NCBI GenBank assembly: GCA_963802335.1
Contig: CAWDIE010000009.1
Location: 24,961-88,960 of the forward strand
Direction: 5' to 3'
Length of the DNA stretch: 64,000 bases
Source: an uncultured Planctomycetota bacterium
GTDB taxonomy: Bacteria > Planctomycetota > PLA2 > JAEUHO01
Of this stretch, positions 46,639 to 55,903 are shown piece after piece. Under the pieces are notes generated by a model, which was not told where the DNA came from, did no database searches, and saw nothing but the letters and a program-made list of their open reading frames with translations. Position numbers and translations under genes: made by a program. Each line of letters opens with the position of its first letter. Position 1 is the first letter of the stretch.

Positions 46639-47559
46639 ATGGACCCGATCCTCGTTCGCGTTCCAGGAATCAACCTGCCGATCCAGGCATACAGCGGCAT
46701 GCTTGCCCTGTCGTTCCTCGTGGGTTGGTACGTGGTGATGCGCCTAGGGCGACAGGCCGGCTTGGAGCGGAGCTTCATGGCCGGCGCTTTCACCTGGACC
46801 GCGGTCAGCGCCATCGTCGGCTCCCGCGTGCTCTACATCCTCGCGAACCCATCCCAGTTCCACGGTGCGAGCGCGCTCGAGTGGATCAACATCCGCAATG
46901 GAGGGATCGTGGCCTACGGAGGGTTCCTGGGGGGCTTTCTCGGCTCGTGGATCTACGTCAAGCTCCGGGGCGTACCCTTCATCGCGTGGGCGGACACGGT
47001 GGTGCCCGGGGTGGCGTCTGGCCTCGGCATCACGCGCATCGGGTGCTTCCTCCAGGGGTGCGACTACGGGCGCCCCGTCGCCGCCGACGCTCCATCGTGG
47101 CTGAAGGCGACCGCCGTACGGTTTCCCAATTGGGACATCGCCTACCCCGACCTCCAGGCGAAGGCGGACGTCGGGCTCGGTTGGCTCGCCGAGGGCCTTC
47201 GAGGCGCGCCCGCCTACCTTCACCATCTACGCCTCGGGCTCGTGGACGAGGGCAGCGCCACATCCTTGCCCGTCTACCCGACGCAGCTCCTCGAGTCGGC
47301 TGTCGGGTGGAGCGCCCTGATCCTCCTGCTCGTCTTGCGGCGCCGCCAGCGCTTTGACGGGCAGCTCCTGCTCGTGTTCGCCATCTACTACGGCGTCTTG
47401 CGCTTCCTGCTCGAGTTCCTTCGCGGCGACGCACAGCGAGGGGGGCTCGGGCCCCTCTCGACGTCACAAATCGTTGCCGCTGCGACCGTGGGCATCGCCG
47501 CCGTCGCCTGGCCCTGGCTCGCACGCCGCCCCCGCGCGCCTTCCGCGCGCCCGAGCTAG
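46639..47559 (+). CDS. lgt: Prolipoprotein diacylglyceryl transferase.
   Basis: Multi-TM. GGIVAYGGFLGGFLG, ITRIGCFLQGCDYG, YPTQLLES, and LRFLLEFLRGD. Confidence 0.88.
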   Translation: MDPILVRVPGINLPIQAYSGMLALSFLVGWYVVMRLGRQAGLERSFMAGAFTWTAVSAIVGSRVLYILANPSQFHGASALEWINIRNGGIVAYGGFLGGFLGSWIYVKLRGVPFIAWADTVVPGVASGLGITRIGCFLQGCDYGRPVAADAPSWLKATAVRFPNWDIAYPDLQAKADVGLGWLAEGLRGAPAYLHHLRLGLVDEGSATSLPVYPTQLLESAVGWSALILLLVLRRRQRFDGQLLLVFAIYYGVLRFLLEFLRGDAQRGGLGPLSTSQIVAAATVGIAAVAWPWLARRPRAPSARPS

Positions 47560-48801
47560 CTCGAGGAACACCTCGACGTCGGTCTCCAGATCCTTCGGCG
47601 CCCCGTCGAAGTAGAAACTCCGAATGGGAAGGCCGCCGAGGTCTCTCGACACGCGCGGATAGATCGCCTCGCTCACGATGCCGTTCATGCAGGTGAAGGG
47701 ACTGATGTCGACGATGCCGTGCACGCCACGCTGGGCGAGGCAGACGGCCCGTCCCACGTTGAGCACCATCTCCCCGGAGACCGCCGTGGCCGGGATGTAC
47801 GGCTGGGCCGCGGCGAACACCTCGTCGAGGGAGGGCTCCTCCCATCCCGCGAAGTCCTCCGCGAAGGGCGCGAGCAGCGCGTGCTCGTCCGCCCGTTGGA
47901 GGCGGGCGCGTAGCCATGCGGATAGCCGCTCCCGGGACCACGCCCGGCCTCGGAGCCGGAGGGACTGGACGTGCTGCACATGCGTGTAGCCGACCCACTC
48001 GGTGATGTCCGCCAGCCACGTCTCGGCGCCGCCTGCCTCGAGTTTGCGGATGAGGTCCTCGTTCGAGAACGTGTTGAGCCGGCAGAAGATCTCGCCCACG
48101 ACGCCGATCCGCGGTGTGTCCATCGCGCGCGTGATCGCGAGCGTGCGGAAGCGGTCCCGGCAAGCGACGAGCGTCTCCCGCAATGCGTCGAGCTGGGCGG
48201 CGGAGCTCAATCCTGCCGACCGGAGCGTGGCGGCGCAGCGGTCCAGGCATGCGTCGTACAGGCGGTCGGCCTCACCGGCCTCCTCCTCGTGAGGTCGGTG
48301 CTTCAGGAGGAGCTTGCGCAGGATGTCCGCCGCGACCAGGGCGCGCCACTGTGTGCGGAAAAACGACAAGGCTCCCTCTCCCAAGACCTCGTACCCATTG
48401 CGGCTGCTGAGGGAGAGGATGACCGTGCGCTCGTACCCCAAGGCGTCCAGCGTGCGACGCAGGCTCGGTGCGTACTGCCCGAAGCGGCAGGGACCGTTCG
48501 CGGTCGGCATGAACAGGACGACCCGCGCCGGGTCCGTGCCCGGTAGCCGCAGCGCGCGGAGAAAGTCGCCCAGCGTGACCTTCGCCGGCAGGCACTCGTC
48601 GCCCGCCGTGTGCCGGGCACCGAGGTCGAGCGTCTCCTCGTCGCTCGGCGGCGTCGGTGACGCGTCGATCCCATGGGCCTGGAAACCGGCACAGAAGAGC
48701 CGGCTGCTGCCCTGGGCCATCGGGGGGACGAACACATGTTTTCCGTGCAGCGGCCCGAGGCCGTGGCGCGCGCGCCGCGAGGTGGGGAGCCGACTTAGCA
48801 T
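47464..48801 (-). CDS. Partner protein of the activase: 2-hydroxyacyl-CoA dehydratase-like / DUF2229-type (family call tentative).
   Basis: 445 aa, 7-nt overlap with the upstream activase gene. Contains ...GDECLPAKVTLGDF... and ...ISPFTCMNG.... Confidence 0.6.
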   Translation of the reverse strand: MLSRLPTSRRARHGLGPLHGKHVFVPPMAQGSSRLFCAGFQAHGIDASPTPPSDEETLDLGARHTAGDECLPAKVTLGDFLRALRLPGTDPARVVLFMPTANGPCRFGQYAPSLRRTLDALGYERTVILSLSSRNGYEVLGEGALSFFRTQWRALVAADILRKLLLKHRPHEEEAGEADRLYDACLDRCAATLRSAGLSSAAQLDALRETLVACRDRFRTLAITRAMDTPRIGVVGEIFCRLNTFSNEDLIRKLEAGGAETWLADITEWVGYTHVQHVQSLRLRGRAWSRERLSAWLRARLQRADEHALLAPFAEDFAGWEEPSLDEVFAAAQPYIPATAVSGEMVLNVGRAVCLAQRGVHGIVDISPFTCMNGIVSEAIYPRVSRDLGGLPIRSFYFDGAPKDLETDVEVFLELARARGRRAGAACEPGPGDGGDAHGRSGNDL

Positions 48802-51800
48802 CGCAAGACCCCCTTGCTCTCCAGGAACGCCTCGCAGCGCGTGAGGTAGCCCGCATCCCCGGCGTGTCCATCGAACTGGAGGTGAAGGAGGGGGGCGGCG
48901 AGCACGTCACGCACGATCGACTTCAGATACGAGTCCGGGCCGCACTTGAAGTTGGTGATGTAGATGACATGGAAATTGGGAACGGCCCGGGCGTGCTCGG
49001 CGGCCGCGAGGATCCGTCGCCCGCTGGCCCAGTACATGTTGGGGTGTAGATGGGAGACCGCCGTGCCGGCCGGCACGAGGTAGTCCAAGGGAAGGACGTT
49101 GGCGCCGTAGCGCGAGCGGAGCTTCCGGGGAATGTCGCAGTTGACCATCCGGTCGTAGAGGTTGTACGTGCGTCCCAGCAGGAGGAGGCCCGGCTCCCCG
49201 GTATCCCGCAAGGCCTCGAGGGCATCGGCTCCCGCGGCCAGGGTCTCTCGACGGAATGCCTGCTCGCGCTCGTACGCCGCCCGCACGGCACGATCGGACA
49301 CACGTCGTGCAATGCCGATCTTGGCCGCCAGCCCAGCCAGGGCTTCCTGTACGTGGCGGCGTCCAAGGCGGAAGTGCACGGTGGGGGCCAGGATTCGTTC
49401 TCGTGCATGCTCCAGGCCAGGGCAGGACCGAAGGACGAAGGGAAGCACCTGGTTCCATGGACAGAGGTGGGAAGGTAGGCCGTCGTCCTCACGCATCGCC
49501 TCGTCGCGTACGTTGGGAACCAGCAGTGCCTCCACGCCCTCGTCGAGCAGGGCTGCTGCTTGCCCATGCGCCACCTGGATCGGATGGCAAGGGGCGGCCA
49601 GCGCCAGCGCCGCGCCTCGGGTGGCGGTCGGCGTGTCCGTCGGCGGGGAGAACACGGGTGAGAGCCCCAGCGCGCGCACGTAGGTGTGCCAGAACACCGG
49701 CCGATCCATGACGGAAGAGCAGCGAAGCATACCGACCGGCCGCTCGCCCTGCGGGCCCGTATCCCCCGCGTCCGATACGACGGAGCCGGTGAAACGTGCA
49801 ATCGTGTCCTCTCGGTGCGCCATGAGGTCCGGAATCACAGGACGACGGTCGGTGAGAGCCGGCTTGCGATACCTCTCCGAGCATCGATCTCCCCAGTAGG
49901 TCCTCTGGCCTTCGACCGTGTACTGCCGCACGTCGCAACGATTCGTGCAGCCCTTGCAGACGAACGACCGGCACGTCATGGGCACCGCGTCGAGGTCGTA
50001 TCCGCGGAACCGTGTCGCACGCGGGCGACGCCGAAGCTCCTCTCGGGCCTTCAAGGCGGCCCCGATGGCTCCCAGCACGCCGCAGTGAGGCGGCACCGTG
50101 ATGCGCTTGCCCGTCAAGGACGCGAACGCGGCGGCGACGGCCTGATTGTAGGCGGTTCCCCCTTGAAAGAAGATAGCCTCACCGACGCGGCGTCCACGCA
50201 CGACGCGGTTCAAGTAGTTCAGGGCCACGGCGTAGGCCAGACCGGCAGCGAGATCCTGGGGCGCGGCTCCCTGCTGCCGCCGGTGCACGACCTCGCGCTC
50301 CATGAACACGGTACATCGCTCGCCCAGTCCACAGGGAGACGTCGACGCGAAGGCGAGATCGGCAAACTCCCGCTCGATGCAGATACCGAGCTTCTCGGCC
50401 TGTTCCTCGAGGAAGCTGCCGGTGCCCGCGGCGCACGCCTCGTTCATGGTGAAGTCCACCACGATGCCGTCTTCGAGCGCGATGAACTTCGAGTCCTGCC
50501 CGCCGATCTCGAAGATCGTGTCGACCAACGGGCCGTCCAGGGCGCGCGACACGGAGACCGCGCCTATCTTGTGCGCGGTGATCTCGTCGCACACGACGTC
50601 CGCGCCCACGATCTCGCCGATCAGCTCGCGTCCACTGCCCGTCGTGCCCACGCCGAGGACGTCGAGCGCGCTGCCTGAGCGAGCGGCGAGCTCACGCAGG
50701 CCCTGTTTGACCGCGTCGATCGGCTTTCCTGCGGTGCGGAGGTAGCTCTCGTGCCAGACATCACCCGATTCGTCCAGGACGACGACGTTGGTGCTGATGG
50801 AACCGACGTCGACGCCGAGATAACCGCGGCTGAGAACCTCCGGATTGGGCTTCATCGCGTCGCCGTTGGTGACGATGCGTACCGCGTCTCGACAGAGACG
50901 TGCCGTACGGGTGGGGGAGGCCGCCGTGACGCGCGACCGGCTACGAGGTGGCCGAGCTCGCGTCGAAGTCGCCATCGGGTCGCCTGAGAGCAGCGCGGCT
51001 CCGACGGCGCCGAGTGACGTCGGATGCCGGGGCACGAAGCACTGCTCCTCCGTCATGCGCAGTCGATCGCGAAGCGCGCGCACGACTCCTTCGTTGAGAG
51101 CCACGCCACCAATCAGGGCCACCGGCGCCACGACGTCGTGCCCCTTCAGGAGCCCGTTCACGATGTTCCGAGCGATCGCGTCGCACAATCCACGCAGTAC
51201 CTCGGCCGGCGTATGGCCCCGTTGCTGAGCATGGATCATGTCGCTCTCGGCGAACACGGAGCACCGACCGGCGATGCGGGCGGCGCTGGGAGCCTCCTTC
51301 GTCGCCGCGGCCATCCGCTCGACCGGGATGCCCAGTCGCGTGGCCTGCGTATCGAGAAACGATCCCGTACCGGCGGCGCAGTCTCCACTCTGGGCATGGT
51401 CCTGGATGCAGAGCTTCCCGTCGCTCGCATTGGGTTCGAGTCGCAGGAAGCGAGCGCTCTCCGCGCCGATCTCTATGACCGTTCGCACCGACGGGTGCAG
51501 TCGTGCCATTGCGTGGGTCAGTGCCCGGCAGGCGTTGACGCGCTGGCCTGCGACATGGGGCGCGAGCAAGGCTGCACCCGATCCAACGACGGCCGTTGCG
51601 GAGATTTCGTCCGGCGCGATGCGGGACTGCAGGGAGTCGAAGAGTCGTCGGGCCGCATCGGCGGGGCTCACGCGCGGCTCTGCAACCTCGCTCAGCAGGG
51701 TCCAGCAAGACGGTCGTGGTGAAGCGTCTTCGTGGCTCGCCAGAAACGGCGAGGGCGTCACGAGCAGCGACTGCTGCAAGGAGGTGTCCTTGCGACTGCC

Positions 51801-51857
51801 GCGCACGGCCATACGTGCGCCCGCCGCGCCGACGTCGATGCCTACGTGCAGTCCCAT
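48795..51857 (-). CDS. CoA-substrate-specific enzyme activase-like protein: two BcrAD/BadFG (ASKHA) ATPase domains plus a C-terminal extension.
   Basis: GIDVGAAG.. and GVDVGSISTNVVVLDESG. Twice CAAGTGSFL. A Cys cluster CKGCTNRCDV. Confidence 0.8.
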   Translation of the reverse strand: MGLHVGIDVGAAGARMAVRGSRKDTSLQQSLLVTPSPFLASHEDASPRPSCWTLLSEVAEPRVSPADAARRLFDSLQSRIAPDEISATAVVGSGAALLAPHVAGQRVNACRALTHAMARLHPSVRTVIEIGAESARFLRLEPNASDGKLCIQDHAQSGDCAAGTGSFLDTQATRLGIPVERMAAATKEAPSAARIAGRCSVFAESDMIHAQQRGHTPAEVLRGLCDAIARNIVNGLLKGHDVVAPVALIGGVALNEGVVRALRDRLRMTEEQCFVPRHPTSLGAVGAALLSGDPMATSTRARPPRSRSRVTAASPTRTARLCRDAVRIVTNGDAMKPNPEVLSRGYLGVDVGSISTNVVVLDESGDVWHESYLRTAGKPIDAVKQGLRELAARSGSALDVLGVGTTGSGRELIGEIVGADVVCDEITAHKIGAVSVSRALDGPLVDTIFEIGGQDSKFIALEDGIVVDFTMNEACAAGTGSFLEEQAEKLGICIEREFADLAFASTSPCGLGERCTVFMEREVVHRRQQGAAPQDLAAGLAYAVALNYLNRVVRGRRVGEAIFFQGGTAYNQAVAAAFASLTGKRITVPPHCGVLGAIGAALKAREELRRRPRATRFRGYDLDAVPMTCRSFVCKGCTNRCDVRQYTVEGQRTYWGDRCSERYRKPALTDRRPVIPDLMAHREDTIARFTGSVVSDAGDTGPQGERPVGMLRCSSVMDRPVFWHTYVRALGLSPVFSPPTDTPTATRGAALALAAPCHPIQVAHGQAAALLDEGVEALLVPNVRDEAMREDDGLPSHLCPWNQVLPFVLRSCPGLEHARERILAPTVHFRLGRRHVQEALAGLAAKIGIARRVSDRAVRAAYEREQAFRRETLAAGADALEALRDTGEPGLLLLGRTYNLYDRMVNCDIPRKLRSRYGANVLPLDYLVPAGTAVSHLHPNMYWASGRRILAAAEHARAVPNFHVIYITNFKCGPDSYLKSIVRDVLAAPLLHLQFDGHAGDAGYLTRCEAFLESKGVLRC

Positions 51858-52164
51858 TCCGGGCCCAGCCTAGTCGGCTCAACCGTCAAACGCCCCACGC
51901 CAAACCTCGCACGTCTTCGATGCAATACATTGGCAGGCTGGGTACTTGGGGAGCGAGGACGTATCCTGTCCGCAGGAAGAACGCCTCGCCGGGCGCGTGC
52001 GTGGGGGTGCATACGTACGCGGAGCCCGCCTCGCTCCGATCGGCGACGACGGGGAATCTCGACGTTGACCTTCGCGCGGCGCGGATTTGCAATGGCGGGC
52101 GTGAGCGCCCCGTCGTCCGACGTGTGGCTCGACGACGTTCTCGCGCGAAGAAAGGGGTCGTGCG

Positions 52165-54183
52165 ATGAGCAGATTCGGCACTGCAGTCAGGGTGTTGTCT
52201 ATCGTGGCCGTTGGGATGGCGGGACTCGTTTGTGGACCGGCAACGTCGGATCCACTCCAGGTCATGAGCGTATCTCCCCGCGATGGCCAAGAACGGGTGG
52301 ACGTGAGATCGAATCTGGAGATCACGTTCAATCACGAGGTGTGGGAATACTCGCTCCGGATCGGTGAGCCATCCCCTCGCATCGTGCTCACGTCCACGGA
52401 GGACGGCCTCTCCGTGGACCTCGCGGTAACCGCCCGGGACAACCACGTGCTCGTCGATCCCGTCGGCGTCCTTGCTCCCAACACGACCTACGAGATTGCC
52501 ATTCACCGCGGCATCCAGGGCCCCAATGGGGCGGAGCTTCCAACGAGCATGACGAGCTACTTCGCCACCGGAGGCGACGTCGAGTGGTACATGAGCGTCA
52601 CCGATGCGGACGTCGCGGTCACCATCGACGAATCCATGGTCAAGGCCGATGTCATCGTGACCCTGGATCACGATCTCGACTACGCGACGGTGACGTCGAG
52701 CAGTTGCGTCTTGCGAGACCCCGCACTCGCTCACGTGCCCTGCTCACTCGACAAGGGCGTCGAGGTCGGCCCCAATCAGATCGGGATCAAACCAGTGGAT
52801 GATCTGCGCGAGGGGGAAACGTACACCGTCACCCTCACCCGGGACATCGTCTCCGAGGACGGCGCGAGTCTTCTCGAAGACTACACCTTGTCCTTCGCTG
52901 CGCAGCAGGACACGCCCACACCCGAATTGCCCGTTGCATGCGGGGAGCCGACCGTGTTGGAAGTCGACACGGGCTACGGCCTGTACCCCGACCTTGGTGG
53001 CGATGGCCTCGGCAACGCCATGATCGTGTGGCTTCAGGAGGAACTCTCTTCCACGTCCTCCGCCTACATTCGGCGGCCGTACGTCGTCCTGGTGGATTCG
53101 GACGGGACGCTCACTGCGCCCTTGAGGCTCGTCGAAGACGCCCAGGATCAAGGTGCTCCCTCCGTCAGCATGAACGCGGAGGGCGAAGCGATCGTCGCAG
53201 GACCCTACCGGGATCCCACGAGCTCGCTGCATGGGTTTTATGCGAAGCACTACGACACCGGGCTCGGATGGGACGCTGCGGTCTCGGGTCCGCCGGCGAG
53301 TCATGCGGTCGCGGTCCGTGGCGTACAGGCAGGGTTGGATGCCGAAGGAAATGCACTTGTCGCATATCTCGTGGAGCCGACAGCGACCATCGAGCAACAC
53401 CACATCGAGTACTCAACGTACTCGGCGACCGCAGCGTCTTGGGAGGCACCCGTCACGTTCCAGACGTCCCTGGACCTGGGAGAGCCGCGTGTCGCGATGA
53501 GTGCGGCCGGGGAGGCCATGGTCGTTACGTACCAGGACGAGGATGGTGGTGGACTTCGCGTACTGAGCCTCCCGTCGACCGAGACCCGTTTCGATGATGC
53601 GGGATGGAGCGCCTCGCAGCCCGAAGCGTCGGTCGATGCCGACGGAGACGGCTTCATCGTCTGGCGTGTAGAGAGCTCGAACGACGCGCGCATTCGGACG
53701 GCGCCCGTGGCTGGCTGCGTGCCCGAAGAGACCGCCGCGTTCCTCGATGGAGACCAGCCCGGACTCTGCTGCGAGCCGGCCATTGCCGTGGGTCATGACG
53801 GCACGGCCGTGGCCGTCTGGGAACTGCGCAACCCGCCGGCGGGCTACGCCATTCGCGCGAGCCGGTACGCACCCAGCACTGGATGGAGCGCCCCGGTCAC
53901 GATCGACATGGGCGTCGGCATGCTCTTGAACCCGCAGGTGAGCGTAGGCGCCGGCGGCTTGACGGCGGTCACCTGGCAAGGACCCGAGTTCGTCTACGTC
54001 GCCTACGCCACAGGCGATGGTAGGTTCACGGACCCGATCGTCGTGAGCGAACTGTCGGATCCCCTCTCCGTGTACTACGCGATCAACCCCGTGGTGTTCG
54101 TCAATCCGTTCGGTGCCGTGACGACGGCCTACGAGTTAAGCGATGCGGGTATCCAAGATGTGTATGCCACCGTGTGTGACTAG
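52165..54183 (+). CDS. Secreted protein or lipoprotein with N-terminal SbsA/Big_5-type Ig-like domains and a C-terminal repeat region.
   Basis: Signal peptide with GLVCG. LQVMSVSPRDGQERVDVRSNLEITFNHEV, and a second similar module. Confidence 0.75.
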   Translation: MSRFGTAVRVLSIVAVGMAGLVCGPATSDPLQVMSVSPRDGQERVDVRSNLEITFNHEVWEYSLRIGEPSPRIVLTSTEDGLSVDLAVTARDNHVLVDPVGVLAPNTTYEIAIHRGIQGPNGAELPTSMTSYFATGGDVEWYMSVTDADVAVTIDESMVKADVIVTLDHDLDYATVTSSSCVLRDPALAHVPCSLDKGVEVGPNQIGIKPVDDLREGETYTVTLTRDIVSEDGASLLEDYTLSFAAQQDTPTPELPVACGEPTVLEVDTGYGLYPDLGGDGLGNAMIVWLQEELSSTSSAYIRRPYVVLVDSDGTLTAPLRLVEDAQDQGAPSVSMNAEGEAIVAGPYRDPTSSLHGFYAKHYDTGLGWDAAVSGPPASHAVAVRGVQAGLDAEGNALVAYLVEPTATIEQHHIEYSTYSATAASWEAPVTFQTSLDLGEPRVAMSAAGEAMVVTYQDEDGGGLRVLSLPSTETRFDDAGWSASQPEASVDADGDGFIVWRVESSNDARIRTAPVAGCVPEETAAFLDGDQPGLCCEPAIAVGHDGTAVAVWELRNPPAGYAIRASRYAPSTGWSAPVTIDMGVGMLLNPQVSVGAGGLTAVTWQGPEFVYVAYATGDGRFTDPIVVSELSDPLSVYYAINPVVFVNPFGAVTTAYELSDAGIQDVYATVCD

Positions 54184-54215
54184 ACGGCGCGCGCTTCATG
54201 AATCATCCAGGCTAG
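54184..54215. repeat. Solo copy of the terminal repeat of the 25941-26190 element.
   Basis: The reverse complement CTAGCCTGGATGATTCATGAAGCGCGCGCCGT matches CTAGCCTGCATAACCCATGAAGCGCGCGCCGT at 25941, apart from a 5-nt block. It fills the gap between two convergent genes and contains the lnt stop codon. Confidence 0.7.
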
Positions 54216-55738
54216 GGAGACGCCAATGACGTGGCGCGGCGTCGCGCGAGCAGCATGCCCGCCGCCGCCGCGATGCTGAGCCATCCGATGACGTCGCCAT
54301 GTCGTGCGTAGGGGGTCGCCGTGGCGGTCAGGAGCGGGACATCCACGGCACGCACGGCGACCTGGCCCGGGGGCAGCTGTGCAAGCACGCACCCGTCCGG
54401 TCCGTAGACCACGCTGACGCCTGTCGTCGTTGCGCGCACGAGACAGGTGCGGTGCTCGATCGCGCGGAAGCGAGCAAGGGCCGCGTGGATGCGCGGCTGC
54501 GTGGTCTGGCCAAACCAGGCGTCGTTCGTCAGGTTGATGAGGCACTGGGGCGAAGCGCGTGCGACCACACGACGGACGTACCCCGGCAGGATGTCCTCAT
54601 AGCAGATCAGAACGGAGATCGGGATGTTCCCAAGCCGAAGCGGATCGTGCGCTACGCCCGGCGTGATCCAGGAGCCGAGCGACGGTGCGAGGCTCATGTC
54701 CAGGTCGAGGCGCTCGACCGGACTCCGTTCGCTGAAGGCCACCAGGCGGTTCTTGTCGTAGCGGCCCAGCACCCGGCCATCCACGCCGGCGAGCAGGGCG
54801 GCGTTGTACGTCCGTCGGGTCCGCCCCGTGTCGTCGAGGACCGCGGTACCGAAGAGGACGGGCGCCTGGAGGCGGCGCTTGAATGGAGGGCGCACCGTCA
54901 CCACCGGCGCTCGCAGGCGATCCCCGCATGCGTTCTCCGGCCAGACGAGGAGATCGACGGGGCCGCGGCGCAGCAGGTCCTCCGACCGAGCGATGTGACT
55001 CGCCAGCCGACTCGAGTTCGTGTCTCTCTCGAGGGTGGCCGGGAGATTCGCCTGGATCAGACCCAGGCGCAGGGTCGTTGCCTCCCGCACCCGGTCCTGA
55101 ACCTGCTCCATGCGTACGGCGCCGTACAGGAGGGACACGGTCCCGAGGCCGGCCACGACGAAGGGTGCAGTGAGCGGGCGACGTCCCGTCGCTCGCGGGA
55201 GGAGGAAGGCCTCGTAGAGGGCGCCGTTGACGGCGATGCAGAGCACGGAGAGGAGGATCGGCCCGCCCAGCTCGGCCAGCTGCATCAGCGGAAGCAGGTC
55301 CTGGAGTGAGGCACCGTAGTAGCTGGGGAACATCTGCGGATAGCTCAGCTCGATAGCGCCGAAGGCCGCCGCGGCCGACGGCGTGGGCGCCCATCCGCGA
55401 CGACGCAGGGCGCACCAGAGCACACCGAAGAGCACGGCGTGCCCAGCCTGCAACATCCAGAAGCCCACGGCGAGCGCCAGACTGAAAGGCAGGGAGAAGC
55501 CGGCGAATCGCTCCAGCGTCGGGAGCATCCAGTAGTAGCCGCCGGTCCACCAGACGAGGCCGAAAGTGAGCGCGTGCAGAACGACGGACGCCCAGCCGCG
55601 CCGGCGAGCGCGGTCGAGGGCCAGGAAGAAGGGCACGTAGGCCACGAACGCGAGAGGCCAGATGCCCACGCCCGGGAAAGCGAGCCAGGCGAGGACGCCG
55701 GCGCTTGCCGCGAGCAGGTACCCGCCCATCCCCTTCAC
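54212..55738 (-). CDS. lnt: Apolipoprotein N-acyltransferase.
   Basis: 508 aa. N-terminal multi-TM region, then a CN-hydrolase domain (..WPENA.., ..ICYEDI..). Confidence 0.88.
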   Translation of the reverse strand: MKGMGGYLLAASAGVLAWLAFPGVGIWPLAFVAYVPFFLALDRARRRGWASVVLHALTFGLVWWTGGYYWMLPTLERFAGFSLPFSLALAVGFWMLQAGHAVLFGVLWCALRRRGWAPTPSAAAAFGAIELSYPQMFPSYYGASLQDLLPLMQLAELGGPILLSVLCIAVNGALYEAFLLPRATGRRPLTAPFVVAGLGTVSLLYGAVRMEQVQDRVREATTLRLGLIQANLPATLERDTNSSRLASHIARSEDLLRRGPVDLLVWPENACGDRLRAPVVTVRPPFKRRLQAPVLFGTAVLDDTGRTRRTYNAALLAGVDGRVLGRYDKNRLVAFSERSPVERLDLDMSLAPSLGSWITPGVAHDPLRLGNIPISVLICYEDILPGYVRRVVARASPQCLINLTNDAWFGQTTQPRIHAALARFRAIEHRTCLVRATTTGVSVVYGPDGCVLAQLPPGQVAVRAVDVPLLTATATPYARHGDVIGWLSIAAAAGMLLARRRATSLASP

Positions 55739-55903
55739 CCGTCCTCACCCTCCAGCAGGTACGCGCGGTAGCGATCCAAGACCTGGGACCATGGAACTGC
55801 CGCTCGGCACTCGACGCAACCGTCTTCCGCCTCCGGCGTTGACCACGGGCGGGACGGGCGCGTAGGTTTCAGGCGTCCGATGATGAAACGGAAGGGGTCC
55901 GCC

